From contig DUMC01000126.1 of NCBI GenBank assembly GCA_012840075.1, forward strand, positions 30,594 to 94,593: a DNA stretch of 64,000 nucleotides, read 5' to 3'. This DNA is from Clostridiaceae bacterium. Its GTDB lineage: Bacteria; Bacillota; Clostridia; Acetivibrionales; DUMC01. Below are positions 36,851-47,890 of this stretch, piece after piece (positions within the stretch are counted from its first letter, which is position 1; each line of letters opens with the position of its first letter). A model generated the notes under the pieces. That model saw only the letters and a list, made by a program, of their open reading frames with translations. It did no database searches and was not told where the DNA came from. Position numbers and translations under genes: made by a program.

Positions 36851-38116
36851 ATGAAAACTAAAGCTGTGAGGTTATATGGTAAGAATGATTTAAGACTGGA
36901 AGAATTTGAATTACCGCCTATAAAAGATGACGAAATTCTTGCAAGGATAGTTTCCGATAGCATTTGCATGTCTTCGTACAAAGCAGCAATTCAAGGTCCT
37001 GATCACAAAAGAGTTCCAAAAGACATAGACAAAAATCCTATTATTATCGGTCATGAGTTTTGTGGTGAAATCATTGAAGTAGGGAAAAAGTGGCAACATA
37101 AATTTAAGCCGGGCAACAAATTTTCCATACAACCTGCATTAAATCTTGAAAGCAACCCTTACGCAGCTCCAGGATATACTTTCCATTACATTGGAGGCGC
37201 AGCAACATATATCATTATTCCTAATGAGGTTATGGAACAGAATTGTCTTCTTAACTATGATGGAGAGGCTTATTTTTACGGTTCTCTTGCTGAACCTATG
37301 TCATGCATTGTAGGGGCATTCCACGCAAGTTATCATACAAAAAGCGGATCGTATGTCCACGAAATGGGTATCAAGAAAGGCGGAAACATGGCCATTTTGG
37401 CCGGCGTAGGGCCAATGGGTTTGGGTGCTATAGATTATGCAATTCACTGTGACAGGAAACCTTCACTGCTTGTTGTTACCGATATTGATGAAAGCAGGCT
37501 TAAAAGAGCTGAATCTATATTAACAGTGGAAGAGGCAGCAAAGAATGGTGTTACATTAAAATATATCAATACTTCAAATATTGAAAATGCTGTTGAGTAC
37601 TTGAGATCATTTACAGATGGTAAAGGATACGATGATGTTTTCGTATTTGCTCCGGTGAGAGCTCTAGTTGAGCAGGCAGACCAAATACTCGCCAAGGATG
37701 GATGCCTTAATTTCTTTGCAGGACCTACAGACCCGAACTTTTCTGCGCAACTTAATTTCTACAATGTACATTATAATTCCACACATATCGTGGGAACTAG
37801 CGGCGGAAATACTGATGATATGATTGAAGCTCTTAATATGATGGAAAAGGGATTGGTAAATCCGGCTGCCATGGTAACCCATGTAGGAGGATTAAACTGC
37901 GTTCCTCAAACAACTTTGAATCTGCCTAAGATTCCAGGTGGCAAAAAACTGATATACACTAATATAGAGATGGAACTTACAGCCATCGCTGATTTTAGAG
38001 AAAAAGGCAAAACAGATCCCATGTTTGCTGAGCTTGCTGATATAGTTGAAAAAAATAACGGCTTGTGGTGTGCCGAAGCTGAAAAATTCCTGCTGGCAAA
38101 TGCAAAGCCAATATAA
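36851..38116 (+). CDS. zinc-dependent medium-chain dehydrogenase/reductase (sorbose-1-phosphate-reductase-like long form)
   Basis: 421 aa. GAGGAG RBS. MDR features CMSSYKAA, IIGHEFCGEIIEVG, and nucleotide fold ILAGVGPMGLGAIDYA. The subfamily call is tentative. Confidence 0.8.
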   Translation: MKTKAVRLYGKNDLRLEEFELPPIKDDEILARIVSDSICMSSYKAAIQGPDHKRVPKDIDKNPIIIGHEFCGEIIEVGKKWQHKFKPGNKFSIQPALNLESNPYAAPGYTFHYIGGAATYIIIPNEVMEQNCLLNYDGEAYFYGSLAEPMSCIVGAFHASYHTKSGSYVHEMGIKKGGNMAILAGVGPMGLGAIDYAIHCDRKPSLLVVTDIDESRLKRAESILTVEEAAKNGVTLKYINTSNIENAVEYLRSFTDGKGYDDVFVFAPVRALVEQADQILAKDGCLNFFAGPTDPNFSAQLNFYNVHYNSTHIVGTSGGNTDDMIEALNMMEKGLVNPAAMVTHVGGLNCVPQTTLNLPKIPGGKKLIYTNIEMELTAIADFREKGKTDPMFAELADIVEKNNGLWCAEAEKFLLANAKPI

Positions 38117-38546
38117 ATTAGATGTAGGTTTAAATAATTTATGTTGATCTATAAATTTGTTAGGATTTATAGATATTAACGGAAAAAGGAAGGAAATAAA
38201 TACTACAATGTGGATATTTCCCTAAATTTGCCGTGCATTATAAATCAGAGGATTCGGAATCCTCGTAAATAGAATAGAGTTTAATGAGTGTTTTATTACA
38301 AGATTTGGATGTCTAATATGGTAATATTGATTTAATTAAAGAAAGCTAATTAAGAAATTAATGAAGAGAATTAGTAAAGAAGATCAATAAACGATGAAAG
38401 TGAAAAATTAGAGCACTTTTGGTTTTTAAGTAACACCTAAATATGTAAGTAGCACCTAATATATAAGAAATGAAAGCCAAAGAATAAAAGCCGGAGAATC
38501 CAGAGAACAAAAAACAGTGCAAGACCAGTACTAATGATAAACCTAG

Positions 38547-38594
38547 GCCGCCTGGATAGAGATATCTTGGCGGCTTGAGTATCTTTTTGATTGT
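38547..38594 (+). terminator. orphan intrinsic-terminator-like hairpin about 430 nt downstream of the nearest + strand CDS
   Basis: GCCGCC (38547-52) pairs with GGCGGC (38569-74), with flanking extension. The loop contains the palindrome AGATATCT. It is followed by TTGAGTATCTTTTT. Confidence 0.4.
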
Positions 38595-38809
38595 TGACTT
38601 GTTGACCTGTTGATCTGTCGACTACTTAAATTACCACTTGCGTTGATATAATTTTTAGGTATATTGAATTATTATTTAAATTGTTTAGGAATGAATATTG
38701 GACTTTTATTTAAATTAATTTTAACATTTAAGAATATCAGCATTATAATCAAATACAGGTGAAGCATTATAATATTATTCAAACTTTTTAGATTGGAGAC
38801 TTAAAGAAG

Positions 38810-39478
38810 ATGGAAACTAAAAAGATAAAAATTATCAATTTAGGAAGGATGGATTACAAGGAATCCCTCCAAATTCAGGAGGACCTTGTTGCAAAAAGGC
38901 AAGCAGGAGAAGGAATGGACACATTACTTTTGGTTGAACATCCTCCTGTAATAACACTTGGCAGACGAGGAAAATACAGCAATATATTGGTACCTGAAGA
39001 ATTTTTAAAAGCAAACAATATACAAGTTTATGAAGTAAGCCGAGGCGGAGATGTAACATATCACGGCCCCGGTCAAATAGTAGGATATCCCATAATGGAT
39101 TTGAGAAATTATGGACGGGATATAAAAGACTTTGTCTGGAAGATCGAAGAAATATTTATTAGGCTTCTTGACAAGGAGTTCAATATCAAAGCAACCAGGG
39201 AAGAGAATAAATATACGGGCGTCTGGATTGGGAACAAAAAGATAACAGCCATAGGAATAGCCGTAAAAAAGTGGGTGACGATGCACGGTTTTGCTTTCAA
39301 TGTAAACACAAATCTGGACCATTTTAACTGGATAGTCCCCTGTGGTCTTTCTGACAGAGGTGTTACGTCTCTCGAAGAAATCCTGGGAGAACAGCAGGAT
39401 TTAAGCAAGCTGAATAATCTTGTTGCCGAATATTTTTGCCAGGTATTTGGACTGGAGCCGGAAACGGAGAGGCTGTAG
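38810..39478 (+). CDS. lipB: lipoyl(octanoyl) transferase
   Basis: 222 aa. Motifs LLLVEHPPVITLGRRG, RGGDVTYHGPGQIVGYPI, AIGIAVKKWVTMHGFAFNV and PCGL. Confidence 0.9.
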   Translation: METKKIKIINLGRMDYKESLQIQEDLVAKRQAGEGMDTLLLVEHPPVITLGRRGKYSNILVPEEFLKANNIQVYEVSRGGDVTYHGPGQIVGYPIMDLRNYGRDIKDFVWKIEEIFIRLLDKEFNIKATREENKYTGVWIGNKKITAIGIAVKKWVTMHGFAFNVNTNLDHFNWIVPCGLSDRGVTSLEEILGEQQDLSKLNNLVAEYFCQVFGLEPETERL

Positions 39479-39533
39479 AAACAGAGAGATTACAGAGAAA
39501 TTATAGAGAGATTATAGAAATGGAGAGATTATA

Positions 39534-40493
39534 ATGGAAGACAGCAATATAGCGAGAATAAACAAACAAATAAATATAGATAATAAAGGCAAACTAAGTG
39601 CAGATAATAAAGACAAACCTGAAGTAAAACGAAAACCGGATTGGCTCAGAATAAGAGTCCACGGCAACTATAATTTTACTGAAACAGAGAACGTACTGAG
39701 AAGCCTTTCCCTTAATACAGTATGCGAAGAAGCTAATTGCCCAAATCGCTTGGAATGCTTTAATAAAAGAACTGCAACCTTTATGATCTTAGGTAGAACC
39801 TGTACCAGGAATTGCACATTTTGCAATGTAGAGAAAAACGTTCCTGAACCTGTGAATCCTCAAGAACCTGAAAATGTAGCAAAAGCGGTTGCCAAAATGA
39901 AACTTAAGCATGTGGTTGTAACTTCAGTCACAAGAGATGATTTACCTGACGGAGGAGCAGGACATTTTGCAAGGGTCATTGAAGAAATAAAAAGATTAAA
40001 CGGTGAAGTTATAATAGAAGTTCTTATTCCTGATTTCAAGGGGGACGAAGATGCCTTATTGAAAGTAATAAAAGCAAAACCACACATAATAAATCATAAT
40101 GTTGAAACAGTTCCAAGCCTTTATCATGAAGTAAGACCCCTTGCAGTGTATGAAAGATCATTGAGGCTTCTTTCTAACGTAAAAAAACATAATCCCGGCA
40201 TATATACAAAATCAGGCATTATGCTTGGTTTGGGTGAAAAAAGAGAAGAGGTTATAGAGGTATTAAAAGATTTAAGAAAAGCAGATTGTGATTTATTAAC
40301 AATAGGACAGTATCTGGCACCATCAAAGAAACATCATCCGGTTATTGAATATATACATCCGGATGTTTTTGAAGAATACAAAAAAATAGGCTACGAATTA
40401 GGTTTTAAATATGTGGCTTCCGCTCCGCTCGTAAGAAGTTCTTATCATGCTCAGGAAGCGTTTAATGATTTGTTGGACAGCAAGCATAGCTGA
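39534..40493 (+). CDS. lipA: lipoyl synthase (radical SAM)
   Basis: 319 aa. N-terminal auxiliary cluster motif [12 protein letters not shown], radical-SAM motif CTRNCTFC, and the C-terminal RSSY motif of LipA. Confidence 0.95.
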   Translation: MEDSNIARINKQINIDNKGKLSADNKDKPEVKRKPDWLRIRVHGNYNFTETENVLRSLSLNTVCEEANCPNRLECFNKRTATFMILGRTCTRNCTFCNVEKNVPEPVNPQEPENVAKAVAKMKLKHVVVTSVTRDDLPDGGAGHFARVIEEIKRLNGEVIIEVLIPDFKGDEDALLKVIKAKPHIINHNVETVPSLYHEVRPLAVYERSLRLLSNVKKHNPGIYTKSGIMLGLGEKREEVIEVLKDLRKADCDLLTIGQYLAPSKKHHPVIEYIHPDVFEEYKKIGYELGFKYVASAPLVRSSYHAQEAFNDLLDSKHS

Positions 40494-40644
40494 AATCCCA
40501 TGACTTTAGTCAAAAAACTTTAGGTTTTAATCAAAAAACTTAAGTCATTGGGAAGGCCGATTCTTGTCTTTTAATGGAAAAATAGAAGCAAGATTACAAG
40601 AAGTAAGGTTGTAAATGGTAAAATGGAAATGAGGGTGGGTAAAT

Positions 40645-41457
40645 ATGGAAGATATGAGAAACAAAATGAATGGTATAATGAAGGATATTATGGACACTGC
40701 GAAGGATAGTGTGGAGAGGGGAAAGGTAAACGGCATTGAACCATTAAATATGCTTGTAATTGCGGACAGTCATTATATAGGTATTGCAGATCATGTATGC
40801 CCGCTCATTGAAAGGAAATGCACTTTAGCTTTAAAATTACTGCAAGAGGTACTTGATACCGTAAATAACAGCGGGACAACCATTGATGTTATAGCTTTAA
40901 TGGGCGACATGGTGGATAACGGCAATGCTCTGGGGGCAAAAGAAGACCTTTTGGCAATTAAAGAAACAATAAAAAAAACAAAAGTACCTGTGATCGTTGC
41001 ACCGGGAAATCATGACGGCCCCTCGGAAGTTCTGCTGGAAATATTTGAAGATTATGAAGGAGTTCATAATATAAAGGGCTATCAGATTATAAATTTTGTA
41101 GACAAATACAACGAAGATGAGTCAGCATCAAGATGTTGGGACAAAATGGAAGAACATTTCAGCCAGACGGTTCAAAACAAACCAATCATTGTGCTACAGC
41201 ACAATCCCATATACCCTTATATAGACAGAACATATCCATATAATATCAGAGAATGGGAAAAAATAGCGCAATATTACTCGCAAAAGGGAGTTCTTCTATC
41301 AATAAGCGGACATGCCCATTGGGGAATACCCGTTAACATGAAGGATGGTACAGGATATTTAACATGCCCGGCATTGGCTGAAAGTCCTCATAGATATTTA
41401 ATAATTAAATTTGACGGATACCTATATAATGTTGAGGAACACAAACTGTTATGTTGA
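40645..41457 (+). CDS. calcineurin-like metallophosphoesterase
   Basis: 270 aa. Motifs LVIADSHY, MGDMVDNG, APGNHDGP, VLQHNP and SGHAHWG (D-x-H / GD / GNHD / H / GHxH). Confidence 0.7.
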   Translation: MEDMRNKMNGIMKDIMDTAKDSVERGKVNGIEPLNMLVIADSHYIGIADHVCPLIERKCTLALKLLQEVLDTVNNSGTTIDVIALMGDMVDNGNALGAKEDLLAIKETIKKTKVPVIVAPGNHDGPSEVLLEIFEDYEGVHNIKGYQIINFVDKYNEDESASRCWDKMEEHFSQTVQNKPIIVLQHNPIYPYIDRTYPYNIREWEKIAQYYSQKGVLLSISGHAHWGIPVNMKDGTGYLTCPALAESPHRYLIIKFDGYLYNVEEHKLLC

Positions 41458-41721
41458 CACATTACATCTAGAGTGATAAAATGTAACTAGAAAATGTTAC
41501 AAAATTACATCTTTATGAATATTTATAAAATTTATATTGATATTATGAATATTTATTAAAAATATCTACTTAAATGTTAACTATAATGTTAACTTAATTT
41601 TTGTCAGCATAACTTTAACTAAATGTTAGTCAAAATATTAACTGAATTTGTTAACAGAATTTGTTAACTGAATTTAAAGAAGTTTGCAGAAAGAAATTTA
41701 TTGAAAAGAGGGGATACATGC

Positions 41722-43155
41722 ATGGCTGTTCCAGTAATTATGCCTAAACAAGGGCAATCCGTGGAAAGTTGTATCATAACAAAATGGCATAAAAAGAAGG
41801 GTGACAGGGTAAAAGCAGGAGACCTGCTTTTTACATACGAAACCGATAAGGCTACTTTTGATGAAGAAGCAAAAGTAGATGGTGTTATCCTGGAAATATT
41901 CTTTGAAGAAGATGAAGATGTGCCGGTTTTGACCAATGTATGTGTTATTGGCGAAGAAGGGGAAGATTATTCCGAATTTGACCCCAGAGGTCCACAAAAA
42001 CCCACACAATCTGCAGAGGACACAACAAGCAAGGAAGCTCAAGAAACAATTTCAGTTGAAAGCAGCAGTGGTATAAATTTAAACAAAACACAAGAAAGCG
42101 CAGTTCAAGATATCCAGCCAGGTGAAAGAATAAAAATTTCACCCAGGGCAAGAAACTATGCAGAAAAAATAGGTATCGATTATAGATATGCAACCTCCAC
42201 CGGTCCGCATGGAAGAATAATTGAAAGAGATATTATTGCTTTGCAGGAGAAGGGACCTGTCTTCACCTTTGCAGCAAAAGATGTGGCTATGGAATACCAA
42301 ACAGGTATACCTACAGAGGGTACCGGTCTTGGTGGAAGAATAAGAATAGAAGATTTAAAGAAAGAGGCAGAAGTACCGGTAACACAACAATCTGCAGAGG
42401 CTGCATCTTCGGTTGCCGCTCCGGTTCATACCGCTGCAAAGTTGCCTGAAGAACATGAGCCTGAATATGTAGAAGTAAAACTTACAAATATCAGAAAAGT
42501 AATCGCAAAATCAATGCATCAGTCGCTTGCCAATTCTGCACAATTAACTTTGCATACTACTTTTGATGCAACGGAAATCTTAAACTTCAGGAAGAAAATC
42601 AAGGAAAACAAGGATAAGCTTGGTCTTCAGAATATTACCATTAATGATATAATTCTTTATGCCGTATCGAGAACGTTATTGAATCATAAATATCTCAATG
42701 CCCATTTCCTCGACGATAAAATAAAATTATTTAATGTTGTACATCTTGGAGTGGCCGTTGATACGGAAAGAGGCTTGATGGTTCCTACTATAATGTATGC
42801 CAATAAAAAATCTCTCAATGAGATATCGGCAGAAGTTAAAGCACTGGTTTCAGAATGCCAGAAAGGCACTATTAATCCGGATCTCTTAAAAAGCGGAACT
42901 TTTACCGTAACTAATCTCGGTATGCTGGATATAGAATCTTTCACGCCGGTTATAAATCCACCGCAGACAGGTATTCTTGGGGTAAATAATGTTGTTCAAA
43001 GAGTAAGAGAAGTAAACGGCCAATATGAGTATTATCCCGCAATGGGTCTTTCACTTACATTCGACCATAGGGCAATAGACGGAGCGCCGGCTGCCAGATT
43101 CCTTAAGGAACTGAAAGAAAATCTGGAAAACTTTACTTTGTTGCTGACAAAATGA
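41722..43155 (+). CDS. 2-oxoacid dehydrogenase complex E2 dihydrolipoamide acyltransferase
   Basis: Start trimmed to ATG 41722. Lipoyl domain (ETDKATFDEEA), E3-binding domain (ISPRARNYAEKIGIDYRYATSTGPHGRIIERDI), and catalytic domain with LSLTFDHRAIDGAPAARFL. Confidence 0.9.
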   Translation: MAVPVIMPKQGQSVESCIITKWHKKKGDRVKAGDLLFTYETDKATFDEEAKVDGVILEIFFEEDEDVPVLTNVCVIGEEGEDYSEFDPRGPQKPTQSAEDTTSKEAQETISVESSSGINLNKTQESAVQDIQPGERIKISPRARNYAEKIGIDYRYATSTGPHGRIIERDIIALQEKGPVFTFAAKDVAMEYQTGIPTEGTGLGGRIRIEDLKKEAEVPVTQQSAEAASSVAAPVHTAAKLPEEHEPEYVEVKLTNIRKVIAKSMHQSLANSAQLTLHTTFDATEILNFRKKIKENKDKLGLQNITINDIILYAVSRTLLNHKYLNAHFLDDKIKLFNVVHLGVAVDTERGLMVPTIMYANKKSLNEISAEVKALVSECQKGTINPDLLKSGTFTVTNLGMLDIESFTPVINPPQTGILGVNNVVQRVREVNGQYEYYPAMGLSLTFDHRAIDGAPAARFLKELKENLENFTLLLTK

Positions 43156-43305
43156 GAGCACATTAAGCACTAATTGGATATTAAAAATAAATATATATTC
43201 GAGGATCGATAAACAATAATCGGAACATATAAATGAAAATCAATTGGAAATCTATTATTAATCGACTAAAAATCTATTAGAAATCTATTATTGGAGTTGA
43301 GGACG

Positions 43306-44670
43306 ATGGTATATGATTTAATTGTAATCGGTGGAGGTCCTGCAGGTTATCTTGGAGCTGAAAGAGCCGGGCATGCAGGATTAAACACCCTTTTAATTGA
43401 AAAAAGAGAAGTCGGTGGGGTATGCCTTAACGAAGGATGTATTCCTTCAAAAACATTGCTCTATTCGGCAAAAATGTATGATAATGCAAGATTTAGCGAA
43501 AAGTATGGTGTTGTTTCCGAGAAAGTTACACTTGATCATAACAAGGTTATCAACCGAAAGAATAAAGTTGTTAAAACACTTGTAGCAGGAGTTAAAGCTC
43601 AGTTAAAGAAAAACAATGTAACTTTAGTGCAAGGTACCGGAGTAATAACGGGCCGGAATAATGAAGGATATGAGGTAAAGGTTGACGGCGAAAGTTACAT
43701 CGGTAAAAAGTTGCTGATTGCCACAGGTTCAGTACCGATAATACCTCCTATTCCAGGAGTAAAGGAAGGCATTGAAAAAGGCTGGGTTTTAACTAACAGA
43801 GAAATCCTGGATTTAAAAGAAATCCCTGATAAGCTGGTTATAGTCGGCGGAGGTGTAATCGGTCTTGAGATGGCTTCATACTTTAACTCTGCCGGAAGCA
43901 AAGTTACAATAATCGAGATGCTGGACCACATAGCAGGCAATAACGACAGGGAAATTTCCAATTTATTAATGAAAAATTATGAAAAGAAAGGCATTACCTT
44001 TAAGCTAAGTTCAAAGGTAACAGAGTTAAAGGATGGAACAGTTGTATATGAAATCGGCGGACAGACCTATACCGTTGAAGCTGACAAGGTTTTGATGAGT
44101 GTTGGCAGAAGGCCGGCAACTGAGAACATAGGATTGGAGAATATCGGAGTTGAAACAGAGAGAAGAGCAATTAAAACCGACCTTAGAGGACAGACTAATG
44201 TACCCGGAGTGTATGCGGCAGGAGATGTTAACGGTCGCTCAATGCTTGCTCACACTGCATATAGAGAAGCTGAGGTTTGCGTAAATAATATGATAGGTAA
44301 AAAAGACATAATGAGATATAACGCCATACCATATGTCATTTATACAAATCCGGAAGTTGCCGGTGTAGGCGAAACTGAAGAATCTGCTAAAGAAAAAGGT
44401 ATGGAAGTTGATGTAGCAAATATTTCCATGAGATACAGCGGAAGGTACCTTGCGGAAAACGAGGGCGGCGACGGGATTTGCAAAATCTTGGTAGAAAAGA
44501 AGACTCGCAGACTTGTGGGTGTGCACATGATAGCAAATTACGCATCGGAAATAATCTACGGTGCTGCAGCAATGATAGAAATGGAAATGAGAGTGGATGA
44601 CATTAAAGAGATCGTATTCCCTCACCCAACGGTATCCGAAATAATCAGGGAAGGAATTTTCTTTTTCTAA
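43306..44670 (+). CDS. lpdA: dihydrolipoyl dehydrogenase (E3)
   Basis: Start trimmed to ATG 43306. YDLIVIGGGPAGY, redox-active disulfide GGVCLNEGCIPSK, second fold LVIVGGGVIGLEMAS, and C-terminal HPTVSE. Confidence 0.92.
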   Translation: MVYDLIVIGGGPAGYLGAERAGHAGLNTLLIEKREVGGVCLNEGCIPSKTLLYSAKMYDNARFSEKYGVVSEKVTLDHNKVINRKNKVVKTLVAGVKAQLKKNNVTLVQGTGVITGRNNEGYEVKVDGESYIGKKLLIATGSVPIIPPIPGVKEGIEKGWVLTNREILDLKEIPDKLVIVGGGVIGLEMASYFNSAGSKVTIIEMLDHIAGNNDREISNLLMKNYEKKGITFKLSSKVTELKDGTVVYEIGGQTYTVEADKVLMSVGRRPATENIGLENIGVETERRAIKTDLRGQTNVPGVYAAGDVNGRSMLAHTAYREAEVCVNNMIGKKDIMRYNAIPYVIYTNPEVAGVGETEESAKEKGMEVDVANISMRYSGRYLAENEGGDGICKILVEKKTRRLVGVHMIANYASEIIYGAAAMIEMEMRVDDIKEIVFPHPTVSEIIREGIFFF

Positions 44671-44740
44671 AGAGACAGAGACAGGGGGACGGTTCTTGGA
44701 GACAGGGGTGTGGAGACAGGGGGACGGTTCTTGTGTCTTA
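44671..44740 (+). repeat. Family-A repeat copies directly after the lpdA stop
   Basis: GAGACAGGGGGACGGTTCTTGGAGAC (44677-44702), a partial GGAGACAGGGGTGTG, and GGAGACAGGGGGACGGTTCTTGTGTCTT (44712-44739). Confidence 0.75.
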
Positions 44741-44883
44741 AAATAATTACAAACAATATTAGTTAATTGCAACAACGGTTAATTGCAACAACATTAAATC
44801 ACATTACATTATGCAAGAGGCATATCGAATTTGACAAATGTAAGAGAATGCCTGACCTCATTAAACAAAAAGGAGGAGTTTAA

Positions 44884-47358
44884 ATGCCAAAATCATTATT
44901 TATAGATCCAAATGGAATAAGAAAAAGCGGTTATATAACTTTCAAGGATATTCCTGTAAATCAATACAATAAAACTATTGAAGAAGAAAAGAGCAATTAT
45001 TCAAAAGAAGATTTTTTGAGAATATTCAGGGACATGGCCATAATCAGAGAATTTGAGACAATGATAAATGCCATAAAAACCACAGGCCAATATAACGGCA
45101 TTGAATATAACCATCCGGGTCCTGCTCACCTTTCTATAGGGCAAGAGGCAGCCGTAGTAGGGCAGGCATATTTGCTGGATGAAAATGATTTTATCTTTGG
45201 TTCTCACAGGAGCCATGGTGAAGTTATTTCAAAAGGCCTTTCTGCAATTGAAAAGATGAGCGATGAAAGGCTACTTGATATAATGAAAAATTTTGAAGGT
45301 GGAAAAATTTTGAAAGTTGTTGAAGGGAAACAAAAAAACAATGGTAATGTCAAGGAGCTCGCAATAGATTTTCTGTTGTATGGATTTCTTGCTGAAAACT
45401 TTGCAAGAGAAACCGGTGTAAATAGAGGATTAGGCGGTTCCATGCATATGTTCTTTACACCTTTTGGGATTTATCCGAATAATGCAATTGTCGGAGGATC
45501 TGCCGATATTGGCGTAGGAGCAGCTTTATACAAGAAAATTAACAAGAAAAAGGGTATAGTAATAGTAAATATCGGTGACGGTGCATTAGGATGCGGACCT
45601 GTTTGGGAAGCAATATGCCTGGCAACGATGGGGCAGTACAAAAAACTCTGGGAAGGTGAATACAGAGGCGGATTGCCACTTATCTTCAATTTCTATAACA
45701 ACCAGTACGGAATGGGCGGCCAAACCAGTGGAGAAACCATGGGCTTCGATATGCTTGCAAGAGTCGGTGCAGGTGTCAATCCGGAGCAGATGCATGCGGA
45801 AAGAATAGACGGATACAACCCATTGGCAGTAATTGATGCAATAAGAAGAAAGAAGAAGATACTTGAGGAAAAGAACGGTCCGGTATTGCTCGACACCATA
45901 ACATACAGGTTTACCGGTCATTCACCTTCGGATGCTTCCAGCTATAGAACTAAAGAAGAAATTGACGCATGGATGGAGCATGATTCCCTTGTAACATACA
46001 GAAGACAGCTTGTAGAAGCAAAGGTTGCTACAGATGATGAATTTGATGCAATTCTTGCAGATGTTAAGGAACTAATAACCAAGATATGCAGGCTGGCAAC
46101 TGATGATACCGTATCCCCAAGAATGGATCTTGTAAAAGATCCTGATGCAATTGGCAGATTGATGTTCTCCAATCAGAAGATAGAGAAGATGGATGACAGA
46201 GAATGTGAAGTATTAATGCCAAAGGAAGAAAATCCAAGAGTGCAGCAAATCAAAAAGAAAGCAAGATTCGGTCTTGATGAGAACGGGAAACCGGTACCAA
46301 AGAACAGGGTATATCAGCTCAGAGATGCTATTTTTGAAGCTATTATTGATAAATTCTACACGGATCCTACATTGATTGCATACGGAGAAGAAAACAGGGA
46401 CTGGGGCGGTGCCTTTGCAGTATACCGTGGTCTAACGGAAGCACTGCCGTACCACAGGTTATTTAACACATCGATTTCCGAAGGTGCAATAGTAGGTTCA
46501 GCTGTCGGATACGCATTATGCGGAGGAAGAGTTATAGCTGAAATAATGTATTGCGATTTCATCGGGAGAGCAGGAGATGAAATATTCAACCAGCTTTCAA
46601 AATGGCAAGCAATGAGCGCCGGAATCCTCAAGATGCCTGTAGTTGTAAGAGTATCTGTTGGTTCAAAGTACGGAGCACAACACTCTCAAGATTGGAGCTC
46701 CTTGGTTACCCACATACCTGGTCTAAAGGTCGTATTCCCGGCTACACCGTATGATGCTAAAGGTCTTATGAACAGTGCTCTTGCAGGAACGGATCCTGTC
46801 ATATTCTTTGAAAGCCAGAGAATATACGATGTCGGTGAATTATTCCATAAGGGAGGAGTTCCTGAAGGATACTATGAAGTACCCATAGGAGAACCTGACA
46901 TTAAGAAAGAAGGAAAAGATATCACAATACTTACCGTTGGAGCTACCCTTTACAGGGCTTTGGAAGCAGCAAAAATACTTGAAGAAAAATACGGACTGTC
47001 TGCTGAAATAATCGATGCAAGATCTCTTGTCCCGTTTAATTACGAAAAAGTATTGGAATCCGTTAAAAAGACAGGTAAAATAGTACTAGCAAGTGATGCT
47101 TGTGAAAGAGGTTCTTTCTTGAAAGAAGTTGCACAAACAATCACAGAGACAGCTTTTGACTACTTGGATGCGCCTCCGGTTGTAGTTGGATCCAGAAATT
47201 GGATTACACCGGCACATGAACTGGAAACCTTCTTCTTCCCTCAACCGGAGTGGATTATTGATGCAATACATGAAAAAATTATGCCGCTTAAAGGACACGT
47301 ACCGGTAAGCAATTTTACAGTTAACGAACAGCTTAGAAGGAATAAAATGGGAGTATAG
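44884..47358 (+). CDS. 2-oxoacid dehydrogenase E1 component, fused alpha-beta polypeptide (ThDP-dependent)
   Basis: 824 aa. AGGAGG RBS. The alpha-like half has the ThDP motif [15 protein letters not shown]...NNQYGMGG and the phospho-loop-type [10 protein letters not shown]. The beta-like half has [36 protein letters not shown] and a transketolase-C-like end. Confidence 0.85.
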   Translation: MPKSLFIDPNGIRKSGYITFKDIPVNQYNKTIEEEKSNYSKEDFLRIFRDMAIIREFETMINAIKTTGQYNGIEYNHPGPAHLSIGQEAAVVGQAYLLDENDFIFGSHRSHGEVISKGLSAIEKMSDERLLDIMKNFEGGKILKVVEGKQKNNGNVKELAIDFLLYGFLAENFARETGVNRGLGGSMHMFFTPFGIYPNNAIVGGSADIGVGAALYKKINKKKGIVIVNIGDGALGCGPVWEAICLATMGQYKKLWEGEYRGGLPLIFNFYNNQYGMGGQTSGETMGFDMLARVGAGVNPEQMHAERIDGYNPLAVIDAIRRKKKILEEKNGPVLLDTITYRFTGHSPSDASSYRTKEEIDAWMEHDSLVTYRRQLVEAKVATDDEFDAILADVKELITKICRLATDDTVSPRMDLVKDPDAIGRLMFSNQKIEKMDDRECEVLMPKEENPRVQQIKKKARFGLDENGKPVPKNRVYQLRDAIFEAIIDKFYTDPTLIAYGEENRDWGGAFAVYRGLTEALPYHRLFNTSISEGAIVGSAVGYALCGGRVIAEIMYCDFIGRAGDEIFNQLSKWQAMSAGILKMPVVVRVSVGSKYGAQHSQDWSSLVTHIPGLKVVFPATPYDAKGLMNSALAGTDPVIFFESQRIYDVGELFHKGGVPEGYYEVPIGEPDIKKEGKDITILTVGATLYRALEAAKILEEKYGLSAEIIDARSLVPFNYEKVLESVKKTGKIVLASDACERGSFLKEVAQTITETAFDYLDAPPVVVGSRNWITPAHELETFFFPQPEWIIDAIHEKIMPLKGHVPVSNFTVNEQLRRNKMGV

Positions 47359-47890
47359 CAAAGTACCGGATTTTAAACAAATTTTAAATCAAAGTTAAAA
47401 CAAAGTATCAATATTTAAAACAAAGTATTAATATTTTAATAGTATTGATTTAATTTAATAGTATTGATTTAATAGTATTAATATTGTAAGGCAGAGTAAT
47501 AATGCAGAGTATTAATATTGTAAGACAAAGGATCAACAATAAAGTGTCAATATTTTAGTAAATATATTTAATCAAATATATTTAAATATATTTAATCAAA
47601 TAGATAATACAAATATATTTTTATCAAATAAATAATAGATATATACGGGTTATATATACACAAATAAAGATAATTTATATACAAATAAAGATAATTATAT
47701 AAAGCGACGAGGTTTGAAGTGATCGATACTTCAAACCTCTCAAATCAAAATCCTTTTCCAATATTCGATAAATGATATTAGAGTTAGTAATAAGTAATGT
47801 AAATTAGTGACAAGTAGCGTAAATAAGTAACAAATAGCGTAAATAAGTAAATGAGTAAATAAGTAAATAAGTTTGGGTGAGATTATATAA

